This document shows positions 1 through 13,200 of a stretch of DNA of 44,295 bases, in pieces. Position 1 is the stretch's first letter. Each line of letters opens with the position of its first letter. Both the position numbers and the translations under genes were made by a program. The DNA comes from Rhizaria sp. SCN 62-66. Lineage: Eukaryota. Below the pieces are notes generated by a model. That model was not told the origin of the DNA. It made no database searches and saw nothing but the letters and a program-made list of their open reading frames with translations. The stretch is taken from positions 1 through 44,295 of the forward strand of contig MEDY01000253.1 in assembly GCA_001724265.1 (NCBI GenBank), read 5' to 3'.

Positions 1-291
1 GCCGCTGCGGGCGGCGCGGGCGCGGCCGTGGCGGCGCCGCCGCGGCGCGCGCGCTGGGTGCGGCCGGGCGATGGTGCGGGACCGGCTACAGCGCCGCGCA
101 TCAAGGGCGCCGGCGGGGCCGGTGCCGGCGCCAGCGCGGGCGCGGGCGGCGGGGCGGGCCAGCGCAAGGCTGCGGCGGCGCAGCCCGCGCCCGTGGACGA
201 CGACGGCGGCATCAGCGAGCTGCTCTCTATGGTCGAGGGGCGGCAGAACGTGCTGGACGAGGTCGAGCGCATCCGCCAGAGCGTCCGGTGA
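1..291 (+). CDS. 3' end of a gene entering from the left edge; Ala/Gly-rich linker followed by a short helical C-terminus (ISELLSMVEGRQNVLDEVERIRQSVR); product unknown
   Basis: Frame 1 is open from base 1 to TGA at 289-291, has the same GC3-rich codon style as the other genes, and the sequence becomes AT-rich right after the stop. No family recognised. Confidence 0.65.
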   Translation, partial: AAAGGAGAAVAAPPRRARWVRPGDGAGPATAPRIKGAGGAGAGASAGAGGGAGQRKAAAAQPAPVDDDGGISELLSMVEGRQNVLDEVERIRQSVR

Positions 292-718
292 GCGAACGGA
301 ATCCTAACACTGCTGCAACTATGGCATCAATGCGTCATAACGCAACTTATCTCTTTAATTAGTCCTTTATTTTGAATACAGATTATTATATTTTTCTTAA
401 TTCTCTTTTACATCATATTTCACTTTTATAATCTTGAAAAACAGATGCCACCACCGACGACTTGTACCATAGACACCGCGGAGATCATAGACTGCCAAGA
501 TTGATAAGAATTCGAAGTAAAGAGATAATAAGCGTGCAATTAAATACTCAAAAATAACATTGGCATTATATTCAAAATTTACAAGCATAAACTTTTGATT
601 GGCAAAGATATCACAATAAAAGTGTCTTCACAGTCGCAGGCACTTGCACTTACTCAGACAGCTGATCGAGAGAAACTTTCACAACATTGATCTTGGTCAT
701 CTTTCCGTTATCGTAAAT

Positions 719-796
719 GTGAGGGTTTTTACCGTTTTAGACTAGCATAATCTCTACTTCCATGTTATTACATTGCCTCTGGTTTCATTTGCGTAG
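719..796 (+). other. Putative 5'UTR intron (or trans-splice acceptor) of DPM2
   Basis: T-rich tract ending TTTCATTTGCGTAG, with AG at 795-796, 12 nt before ATG 809. Candidate donors are GTGAGG (719) or GTAAAT (713); the donor is uncertain. Confidence 0.4.
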
Positions 797-808
797 CACG
801 CCGAGGAG

Positions 809-1288
809 ATGCTGGACCAGACTTTGGGCCGAGTCCTCGGCGCCATCATCGCGATTTCCTACGCGCTCTACACGGCTTGGCTTCTCATCGTGCCAATTTT
901 CTTCGAGAGTAGCATGGCCATTGAGGGCGCCAAGTACGTTGTCTTGGCGCTTCCAGTCCTGGTGCTCTCCACGGGGCTCGCGGTCGCCGGCCTCACCGCC
1001 GGGTGCGCGCTCTGGCTCGAGCCCGACCGCCCCGCGCCCCGCGGCTTCGCCACCGGTGAACAACAACATCGCGCTGGCTCTGAACCGTCCGTGTCACTGA
1101 GCGCTGATCTAGCTTTGTCTGCTGAGAGAGGCACCAGCCACGAAGCAGGGACTGGCTCGCGGCGTAGGACGCGCCACACTGAGAGTGAGTTTGAATCTCC
1201 TGCCACCATCACCACCACTGCCGCAGCCGCTGACGACTCGGAAGGCGCGAAGCCTGCTCCGCGACGCAGCGCGCGGCGGCTGCAATGA
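809..1288 (+). CDS. DPM2: Dolichol-phosphate mannose synthase regulatory subunit DPM2-like, with a long disordered C-terminal tail
   Basis: N-terminal ~72 aa read DQTLG...ALYTAWLLIVPIF...YVVLALPVLV..., two hydrophobic helices that match the DPM2 pattern (human DQVVG...YYTAWVILLPF...YAVAIP). Recognised by eye, no search run. Confidence 0.75.
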   Translation: MLDQTLGRVLGAIIAISYALYTAWLLIVPIFFESSMAIEGAKYVVLALPVLVLSTGLAVAGLTAGCALWLEPDRPAPRGFATGEQQHRAGSEPSVSLSADLALSAERGTSHEAGTGSRRRTRHTESEFESPATITTTAAAADDSEGAKPAPRRSARRLQ

Positions 1289-1443
1289 GGCCCGCGCTGA
1301 CAAGCTACTGCTACATAGTGTCTACCTAGTATCAATCATAATCTACCTAGCCAAATCCTTCAATGAACAACAAGACGACACTTTTCTTGAATGCATTCCG
1401 AATAACATTTCAGCTTGGACATATTACAAGTTCAACTCGTGCG

Positions 1444-1449
1444 AATAAA
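1444..1449 (+). promoter_or_regulatory. Candidate polyadenylation signal of DPM2
   Basis: AATAAA about 155 nt after the DPM2 stop, followed by a GT-rich element (GGTTTTGTTGTATT). Confidence 0.3.
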
Positions 1450-1688
1450 GCAATGGTTTTGTTGTATTCTTGGGTCCTCAGTGCCACCACGTTCATATTA
1501 AAGGAGATCATGGCAGAGCACTGAGAGGCCCTGGCCAGCCATGCTTTAATCACTCGCCATTATCGCATCATTCCCACACACATCAAACATACACCAGGCA
1601 CGACGTCCCTTGCACAGTCGACTGTTGTCGCTCGCTCATCAGCTTAACTTCTCCGCGCCCCGCTGCGGCTTCACTAACTATCGTGAGC

Positions 1689-3417
<1,729 letters not shown>

Positions 3418-4223
3418 TAAACGCTCTAGAAAGCAACCCAAAGACAAAGCGAATCACACGATTAGAAAAGGGGGCTTCAAGACGGTCATATCACATATAA
3501 TTGAAGTGCAAATAACAGAATAGGTCGATGTCACAAAAATCTATAACAAAATTACCACGAGATATCTCTTGACCGATCACCTGAGGTGCAAGAATCATTG
3601 AATTTCGACTCTCGCTTTGGCGCCAACCCCATCGTTGAACTCCGCCACAGCCATTTTTCGCGAACCACACGACCATCCGCCGACTGACTGACCGACCGAC
3701 GCTGCGAGTGAGCTTGGCGTGATTCAAGCTCACTGTGTGCACTGTAGGCTGTGTTTGAAGACACATTATCAAAAGGGTTGGAAGTTGGTGAAGTTGTATA
3801 CATTCGGAATAGATGTTCACCCTTATCCTATGTGCGTGGGGGTGACAATTTTGCTTCCAAATGAGGCCGTCTCGCTCTACTCAAGATTGAGCGGGGTCGG
3901 CCGCGCCCACCTTAATCTTCCTCCTTTGCGAGCCATATGATCAAACAACACTTTTGTTAACATATGTGGAAGAACATTGGAGATTTGTTGTATTTATCTC
4001 ATGTGCTCCTTTTTGAAACACCACTATCTATCTCTAAAGATCTTCAGATTTGTATGTCCTCACAGCGTCTTGGTCTTTCTTCACTCCACCCTGTTCTGCT
4101 ATTTAGACCGCCCACACACCGTTGTACGCGGTCCCAGAGTCGAATTTTGGTTTTCTAAGTTACTTCACACTTCTTTTCAGTTATATTTGAGGACGTGGGT
4201 CTCCCGCCTCCCTTGTGCGAGTC
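3418..4223. promoter_or_regulatory. Divergent (bidirectional) promoter and 5'UTR region between RBBP4 and TRRAP, with two E2F-like sites
   Basis: Head-to-head ATGs at 3417 (-) and 4224 (+). TTTGGCGC at 3616-3623 (within palindrome TTGGCGCCAA) and TTTTCGCG at 3655-3662. Splice acceptors at 3426 (-) and 4180 (+). Confidence 0.6.
4052..4180 (+). other. Putative 5'UTR intron of TRRAP
   Basis: Donor GTATGT at 4052 (alternative GTACGC at 4124), branch-like CTAAG at 4155-4159, acceptor CTTCTTTTCAG ending 4180, 43 nt before the ATG. Confidence 0.5.
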
Positions 4224-7200
4224 ATGTCGTCGAACCCTGGATCCGGTGGTGCGCCTCCGCCCTCGGACCCCAACGCTGCGGCCGCCGCGGCCGCCTACGC
4301 GCAGCAGGTGGCTCAGCAGCAGCAACAGCAGCAGCACCACTTGCAGCAGCAGCAGGCCGCCGCTGCCGCCGCAGCCGCTGCTGCGTCAGCCTCTCAGTCG
4401 CAGCAGGCGGCCGCTGGCGCCGGCGTCCCCCAGCAGCAGCAATACGCAGTGCCGTCTGCGTCGCCCACGGCCTCGGGCTCGCAGACCGGCACCGTGATGA
4501 CGGGCATGACGCAGGCGCAGTTTGCCGCGCTTACGCCCGCGCAGCAGCAGCAGTATGCGGCCTACTACCGCCAGCAGCACCAGCAGCAGCAGATGGCCGC
4601 CGCCGCCGCCGCGGAGGCCGCTGCGGCCGCCAGCGGCGCGCCCACCGGCTCCGCGCCCGCGGGCAGCTACCCCGCGGCGGCCCCCGGCTCCGCGGCGGCG
4701 ACCGCGGCCTACCCCGCGGGTTACAGCGCCGCGCCCGGGGCCGCGCCCGCGGCGGGCTCGCTCACGAGCCAGCAACTCGCGGCGTACCAGGCCCAGCAAC
4801 AACAAGCGCAGGCGCAGGCGCAGCAGGCGCAGTACGCGTCCTACTCGGCGGCGCAGGGCCAGTATTCACAGGCACAGGCGCACGCGCAGTACCAGCAGCA
4901 GCAGCCGTCCGCTGGCGCCCCCCAGTCGGCCGCCGTGGGCCAGCAGCAGCCGCAGCAGCAGCAGTACGCCGCCGCCGCGGCACCGGCTGGCGGTTACGCG
5001 GCTCAGCCCGCCGGCGCGCCCGCCGCGCCCGCCGCGACGCATTACTACGCGGCCGCGCCCGCTGCGGCGACTTCTGCGGCGGCGCCCGTGGCCTACGCCC
5101 AGCAACAACCGCAGCAGCAGCCGCAGCAGGCTGCCGCCATGACGCAACAGCAGCAGCAGCAGCAGCAGGCCGCCGCGGCGCAACACGCGCAGCAGCAGCA
5201 GCAGCAGCAGCAGGCCGCCGCCGCCGCCGCGGCCGCCGCGGCCGCCGCGGGCGCACCGCGGTCCGCGATGCCGGTGCCGCTGCCGCGGCCGACGCCGCTG
5301 ACGCCGTGGCTGCTGGCGGGGGTGGCGGCGCAGCAGCAGGTGCCGCAGCCGTCGCTGTCGGCGCAGCTCGCGCACGTGATCATGCAGCAGGCCGCGGCGC
5401 GTCCGCCCGCGCCCGGCACGCCCGCCGAGGCCGTGCAGCTCGAGCACCACGCGCTCGCCAAGGCGCTCTGCGCGCCGCTGCCCGCGCCCGGCAACGACAC
5501 CGAGGCGCACGCCGCATACTGGACGGCGCTGCGCGCGCGGCTGGACGTGATTGCGCGGCTCAAGGAGTCGGTGGACATCATCCACTCGACGCACTACGAC
5601 GTCTTCCTGCGCGAAATGTTCCCCGCCATGGTGCGCGTGCTGGGGACGCTGCCGCCGCAGCTCTTCTGCACCGCACAGCACCGCATCCGCAACGGCGTGC
5701 TCGAGGTGCTCTCGCAGCTGCCCTGCACAGACGTGCTGCGAGACTACGCGCTCGACATGTTCCGTCTTGCCATGCACGTGCTCTCGCACGACAATGAGGA
5801 GAACGCGCTGCTCGCCGTCAAGATCATCACCGAGCTCACGCGCGCCTACACCTCACACGTCGCCGTCGAGCTCCACGGGCTGCTCAATGTCCTGCTCGCT
5901 ACGTACAACTCGGCCGAGGGCGCATACGCGCTCGCGTTTGCACCGGAGACGATGGCCACGGTCAAGGCGAGCGCCGACGCGCAGGCCGAGTACGTGGCCG
6001 CGCACACGCCCGCGATCAACGCCGTCTTCACGGCGGCGTCGGCAGCGGCGGCTGCGTCGGCCGCGGGCGTAGCTGCCAGCGACGGCATCGACGCCGCGGC
6101 GGTGATCACGGCTGAGACGCGGCTTATCGCGCCCTCGCTCTTCTCCTTCAAGGTCATCTACGAGCTCCCGGGGCTGTTGGTCATGATCTGCAACGCCGAC
6201 TCGTCGCTCACGCCGCGCATGTACAGTGAGTTCCCCGCCTCGATCATCGTCGCACTCGAGCGCGCGCCGCCCGCGGCGCCGCCCGCGTCTGCGCTCGTGT
6301 CCGTGGCGGCCGCCACTGCGTACCGGCGCTCTGTGGTGGACTTCCTGCAGGCGCAGTGCAAGTGCCTGTCGTTCCTGACGATGCTGCTGAACCACCCGCC
6401 CGAGGCGCTGGTGGCGCACGCGCGCGTCTTCACGACGGCGCTGTTGACGCTGCTGCGCGCGTGCCCCGGCGAGGCGCAGTCGGTGCGGCGCGACCTGCTC
6501 ATGTCGATGCGCCACGTGCTGAGCCACGTCGACTTCCGCAGCCACCTGGTGCTGCACATGAACGAGTTCCTGCTCGAGTGGATGCTTGTCGGTCCGCCCA
6601 CGGCTACGCCCACGGTGCGCAACCACGCGCTCATGGTCATCCACGAGTTCGTGTCGGCCGCGCGCAAGGCGCAGAACGAGCTCTCGCTCGAGCAGGTCAC
6701 GCGCATCGTCTACCTGCTCACACGTGGCCTCCACGACGCATCCACACCGCTACACACGCAGATGATGCTGCTGCGCCAGCTCGGCTCGCTTGCGCGCGAC
6801 GCCGTCACCGCGCGCAACACCGCCGTGCAGACCGCCGCCAAGGCCGCCGCCGCCGCTGCGGCAGCCGCGGCCGCCATCGGCGCCGACCCCGCGGCCGACC
6901 CGGCTGCGGGTGCTGACGCGGCGAGCGGCCCCGACGGCAAGCCCGTCGCGTCCACGGGCGCTGCGTCGGGCCCCGTGGCGCTCGCGCGCGCGGCCGCGGC
7001 CAAGGCTGCGTCGGACGCGGCGGCCGTGGAGGAGCACGTGCAGAACCTCATCATTAAGATTCTGTACACGATGGTGACGAAGCTGGAGGCAATCAAGGCG
7101 CTGGTGCCAACAGTGCTCGTGCGCCTGATGGCGACCGAGACGCACAACCTGCTGCGCACTAGCGAGGCTACGGCGGCCGCCGAGGTCGCGGCCGAGGCGC

Positions 7201-10200
7201 CCAACACGCCGATGGCGGCGTTGGCGGGCGGGCAGGCCGCGGCGGACGTGGTCAAGACGCCGCTGCCGTACCACTGGGACCGCACGGCGGACGACGACGT
7301 CGCGCAGTCGGACGCCGCCACGCACTCGCCGCGCCAGGCCATTGCCCACGCGCCCGTGGCCGCGGTCAAGGAGCTGCAGCAGCTCTTCTGCATCGCGCTC
7401 GTGTCGGCGGCGCCCGTGCTGCAGATGGCGACGATGGGCGTTGTCTCCGTCGCGGGGCTCACCGCCGCGGGCGCGCTGCCCGCGCCCAAGTCGCGGCGCC
7501 TGGAGGAGCCCGAGATCCAGCTGGTGCACCGCCTGGTAAGCGCGTCGCTGAGCATCTTCGCGCTCTACATCCCCACGACGACGTACCGCCCCGAGGACGG
7601 GCTCGCGCTGTCACCGCTCACGGGGCTCGCGCCCGGCTCGCTGCCAGAGTCGGACGAGATGCAGGCGATGCGCTACCTCAGCGAAATCTTCCGCGTACTC
7701 GACCCGCGAACGTTCCGCGACGTGCTCACGGCGCAGCTGCCGCTCATCTTCAACGCACAGATCGACCTGCGTCTGCTGCCCATGTTCCAGCTACTCCCCA
7801 CCTTCTGCTCGATGCCGTCGATCCTCGCAGCCGTGTTCATGCAGACCGTGACGGGCTTCCTGCTCTCGCACATGGACCAAATGGCTGTCCCGATGTCGCA
7901 GTCGCCACAGGCCACGGCCGTGATGCTCGTGCTGCGTGTGGTGCTCAACGTGCTCACCATGTTCAACGAGGCGCCCGTGCCGTTCCGCCCGTTTTTCCCC
8001 CTTATCGTGTCGCAGTGCGTCAAGATGTGCGCCACGCACCATTACGGCACGCAGTTTGTGCAGGCGCTGCGCTACTTTTTCCGCTTCACCAACGTGGCCA
8101 AGTTCGCCTTGCTGAGCAAGGAGCTGGTGCCGCTGCTGCCCGACCTCACGCACGCGCTCATGGCGCTGGCCACGGCGCCCGCAGGCACGACCAATGTGCT
8201 GCCCGAGCAGTACGCCGAGCTCATCCTCACGCTCCCGACCAACGTGCACAACATCCTGCCCAATTTCGCCGTCCATGTGCGCGCCGCAATTATCGCGCTG
8301 CGCGGGCGCGACGACAATATTGTGCGCATCGCGCTGCGCAACATCGACTCGTGGCTGGACCACCTCACGCCCGACTTCGTGTTCCCCTACCTGGCGAACG
8401 ACCTGGGCGTGTTTACGCGCCTCGTGTGCGCGCAGATGCGGCCTTCCACGTCGGGCGGCGAGTGCTCCACGCTCGCGCAGCTCATCGTCGGCAAGCTCGG
8501 CGGCCGCGCGCGCCACTTCCTGGGCGAGGCGCTGACGCTCGAGTCCGAGCCCACGCCCGACGAGCAGCTCCCGCTCTCGGTCACGCTGTTGCCGGGCCAC
8601 ACGGCCACGCTCCCGCTCGGCACGCTGCTGCGTACGGCGCGCCGCGCGCTCGAGGACCACCACACGGCGTGGGGCATGCAGAGCGTGCCGCTGCCGACAC
8701 TGTCGTCGCAAATTCAGGTCACGACGAGCCAGCGCCACTACAAGTCCTCGGCCGCGCGCATGATCCGCTCCTCGCTCTTCGCCATGCTCAACCTGCAGGC
8801 GGGTGCTACGCTGTCGTCGCTGGCCGCGCTCGTCGACTACGCTATCGGCCTCGACGTCGTGGCCGCCGCGCGCGCCGCGCCGGGCTCCGCGGGCGGGGTC
8901 TTCCTCGAGATCCCGCGCGCCGCGCTCGTGCCCGCCTCGCTCGCGCTGGCCGCGGACCCGGACAAGTACGCGCTGCCTAAGCTGCGCGCACCAGGACGCA
9001 CCGCCGCCGTCACGTCGTCCAAGCACGAGGTCTTCCGCCGCTCGCGCGCACTGCTCGAGGCGCTGGCCACCGAGCGCGGCGCCACCGCGGGCCGCCGCAA
9101 GGGTCTCGCTGCCACCGTGGACGCCGAGGTCGCCAAGACGGCCGCTGGCGCGCGCGCCGGCATGCAGAAGACGGCCGCGCTGCGTGGGCTGCTGCCCGGC
9201 GGCGGCCACGCCGTGACGCGCGTGCGCACGGACATGCAGCCCGCGGGCAGGGCGGTAGACCAAACTTTCTCTATGCTCACGTCGCCCCTGGAGCCGTCGC
9301 TGTCGGAGCCCTTCTCGAGCACCATTGGCGGCGCGGGCGTGCCGTCGGACCGCACGACGATGTCTGCCGAGTACCTCGCGGACGTCGACGCTGTCGCCTC
9401 GCGCGTGCGCTCGCTGGCGCAGGAACGCGCCTTCGCGACCGCCGTGGCGGGCGTTGTGCTCGCGGCCGCCGACGGCGACCTCACGCAGGACCCCGATGTG
9501 CGTGCCTCTGAGCTCGCGTTTGGCCTCACGCGCCACTTCGCCATGCTCTTTGCCACGCGCGATATGAACACGTCCGTGCTCGACGCCGTCACCGCCGCGC
9601 GCGGCACAGGCGTTGCGCCCGATAACTTCTACGCGCAGTCGCCAGAGCTGGCGGCCACGGCGACGCTGTCCCGGCTCACTGCCAGCACCGACGCCGACCA
9701 AGGCTTCACGGCTTTCCTGGCGCCCGCGCTGTTCCTGCGCACGCTGGTGCTCATGGTGGTGCACGAGGCGCGTGACATCGCCACCACGGCCGAGGCGCTC
9801 CTCGAGTACTTCATGGAGTGCCTGCTCGTGCTGCTGGGCCCTCAGCGCGCGATGCGCTGCGCCGCCGTGCGCGACCTGTCGACGCTCGCGCTCACGCTGT
9901 GCCAGACCGCGGACGACCGCGAGCGGCTGGCGGGCGCCATCGTGTGCTCGCTGCTTGTGCGCGCGCTGCCTTCGCAGTGGACGTGCCTCAACGCCGTCGC
10001 GCTCACCAAGGCGCTCCCGCAGGTCTACTCGGACCGCGAGACGGAGATTTGCGCCGCCGGCGCCGCTCTTGCGACCGAGGTTCTTGTCGCCGTCATCGCC
10101 ATCGTCGTTGCTGACGCCAAGGAGTTTGATGCACGCGCCGAGCTCAAGCAGGCCCGCGCTGAGCGCCGCGCCGCTGCCGCCGAGCGCAAGCTTATCGGCG

Positions 10201-13200
10201 CCGCCGAGCGCTTCAGTTCAGAGTCCGCTGCCGCTCCTGACGCCTCTTCCGCGTCAGCGTCTGCCAAGGGTACCAAGAAGGGCGCCCGCGGTCGCACGGC
10301 TTCTTCCTCTTCCGCCTCCGCTTCTTCTGCGGCGGCGGACAAGAAGGCGATGGAGGACGCCGACGCTGACGCTGCTGAGGAGTCGTCGGCAGACGTGCTT
10401 GCGCGTGCGGGGATGCTTGTGGGCTCTGCGGCCGCAACGGCTGCGGCGCCTGCGCGCGCGTCGCGTCTGCAGGAGCGCACGAGCGTTCTCGTGGACGCAC
10501 TGACGCGCCCGTTCGTCACTGCGGTGGCGCGTGGCTCCGCTGCGGCGGAGAAGCTCATGCAGCTCATCGCGGAGCTGAGCGACGTGCCGTTGCATTCGCT
10601 GGTCGCACAGGCCACGGAGCAGCTCACGCTGCCGATCCGTAACTCCAGTTTGGTCACGCTGGCGATGCCCACACGCATCGCCTTCATCGGCGCGCTTGTC
10701 TTCGGGCTCCACCTCGACGCCAAGGCGTCCGTGGTGGACGTCTCCAAGTACGTCATGCTGCTGCGGCAGGCCGTCGCGGATGTGGACGCCGAGGACTACT
10801 CGCTGTCGGCGTCGATGCGCACGCCCATGACGGCCAACTTCGCCTACAACTGCATGGCCTTCGGGCCGCGCACGCCTGAGGACCCCTGCGCGGCGCTGGC
10901 GTCGCTCAAGAAGCTTTCGCCGCCGCAGGTCGAGTTCTCGTACCCGACGACCACGTCGCTGGGCGCGGGCGTCTCGAGCGACAACTCGCTCGCGCACCCG
11001 CGCCCGTGGCTCACCACGCGGCTGCGTGTCGCTAGCATCGCTGTGCTCGGCGCCGCGTGCCTGCACCCCACGGTCCAGGCCGCCGTCATCGCCGCCAGCG
11101 CACACGCACAGGCCACGTCTGCCGCCACCGCCGCGGGCACAGACGCGCCCCAGCCGCTGTCGGCTGAGACCGTGGAGCTCGTGGACCTGCACTCGTCGGC
11201 CACGCGCGTGCTCTTCCGTGCCTTTTCATCGCGTCTTCCCGAGGTCTCGGCGGCCGCGATGGACGCCGTGACCGCGCTGGCGGGCAGCCACCTGCCGCGC
11301 GAGCTGCTGCATACGTGCCTGCAGCCCGCGCTGGAGGGCTTTAGCACCGGCTCGCCCATCAACATCTGGTTGCTGCAGGTCGTCGCGCGTATGATGCACT
11401 CCTTCTCCTCGTCCTACAACGCCGCGCTGGGCGTGCGCCTGATTGCGCACCTGGAGGAGTATGCCGATGTCGACTCGCTCGTGCGCATGCGCTACGAGCT
11501 GGCGCGCCAGTACCGCGACAACCAGGAGAAGCTCTCGCGCGCGGGGGCCTACTCGAGCGGCTACTACCCCGAGGACGAGGTGCGCATCGTGCGCGGCGTA
11601 CTGGACCTCTTCCCGATGCTACCGTGGCCGGGACCCGGCGTGGTGCCCACGCGCGCCGCCGTCGACGGACTGCTGTCGCTGATCCAGCGCCTCGAGGCGA
11701 CGCTGCCGCTCATGAACGGGCCCGGCTGCCACGGCTCCGTCACCACGTCGCCTTTCCGCCCGCCGCTCGTGCGCACTCTCGTCCTGCACCCCGAGGTGTC
11801 GGCTGAGGCGCTCGTGCTGGGCTGGCGCACGCCCGCGCTGCGCGCGCTGTGCGTGGCTGTGATCGCGCACCCCGACGCGCGCCCGCTGCGCGCGGCGCTG
11901 GAGAAGTACTACCAGGCCCACGCCATGGATGCACTGTTCCCCACCACCGACGCCATCGCCACGGTGCTTAATGCCGCCGCTGCCAGCACCGCCGCGTCGT
12001 CGTCGCCGGCGGCCGCGTCTGGCACGGAGAGCAAGGACGACAAGGACGGCAAAGCCAAGAGCATGACTGACGACGACTCGTCCTCCGCGAGCAGTTCGGC
12101 GGCGGCGGCGGCTTCGACGCCCACGGCGCCTGCGGCGAGCGCGGCCGAGGTGCAGGCGAGTGTGCACCGGTCGCAGCTCTACCACCTGGAGACGATGCGC
12201 GTGCTTAGCCGCTACAACCCGCAGTGGTTGTACACGCCGCCGCCCTCCGCTCCGGCCGCCGACGGCTCCGTGGCGCAGCCGGAGCACAAGGCCGTGTCGG
12301 CTGTGATGCACTACTGGGGCTCCACAGACCGGCGCGCGCGCATGGCGCTGCAGGAGTCGTGGCCGGCGCCCGCGACGGACGAGACGCTGTGGCTGCTGGA
12401 TCTGCTGTGCACGGCCATCTCGGTGAACCCGCACACGCCTTCGCTGCTCTGGCACCCCATGAGTGTTTTCGCGTCCAACACTGTCGTCGACCTCTCGTTC
12501 GTGCACCGCTTCTACCAGCGCTGGGTGTCAGAGGCGTCGCCGGCGCTGATGCGCTCCGCGCTCGAGGACTTTACGCGCTTCGCAGAGCTTGACCCGAGTC
12601 CGTCGCACGGCTACTACAAGGGCACGGCGCTGTCACTCGTCGTCACGCCGATCCTCATGCGCTACGCCACGGTCGCGCTGCGCAACAACGTTCACTCTGC
12701 GTGCATCACCCCCGAGCAGGCCGTCGCTGAGGCGTGCCCGCCCGTGGTGAGCACCACCTCGATGCCCGCGTGGGCCGGCCCCACGGCCACGGCCAAGGCG
12801 GTCTACCCGCGCCCGCTGTCGGCCGCGGCGCCCGCCACTCCGCCGCTCACGCCGCCGTCGGCCAAGACCATGCTGTACCTCATGCGGCCCGCCGCGCCGG
12901 CCGTGATCGAGGTGCTCGATGCCGAGCCCGCGGGCGCGCGCGCCGCCGCCGCCGCCGTCGCGCCCGGCACGCTCACGCAGCTGGCGCACGCGCTGGCGTG
13001 CGTGCCCGCGTTCCTGAGCGAGAGCGATGTCGACGGCGTCGTGGGCACGGGCTACGACGGCTGGCCGCTCTCGTCGCCGCGCGAGACGCTGACGATGGAG
13101 GACCTGGCTGCGCTGCAGGACCCGGCTCTGCTGGAGCGGCTGCTAGGCGCACTCTTCCACGAGATCGCCGACCCTACCGTGTCGCCCCTCCCCGCCGAGA

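Noticed and set aside
397..588. Short AT-rich ORFs in spacers (also 21626-21853 and 43542-43742)
   Set aside because: Composition unlike the real exons, length in the random range, no recognisable motif.
675..705. Minus-strand AAGATCAATGTTGT resembling the U2 snRNA branch-pairing region
   Set aside because: Lacks GTGTAGTA, the U2 5' stem and an Sm site; short chance match.
1321..1350. Direct repeat TCTACCTAG x2 in the DPM2 3' region
   Set aside because: Only two 9-nt copies 12 nt apart; nothing supports a target-site duplication or an array.
3977..5797. 606-aa + strand ORF overlapping the TRRAP start in another frame
   Set aside because: Starts in promoter or putative intron sequence and is an off-frame reading of the CAG/GCC repeats.
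7791..9764. 657-aa antisense ORF, plus many other 100-430 aa antisense or alternate-frame ORFs inside TRRAP and VPS13 (e.g. 19755-21044, 23369-24541, 37890-39179)
   Set aside because: Shadow ORFs expected from very high GC3 and scarce stop codons; Arg/Ala/Gly-rich translations with no recognisable domain.
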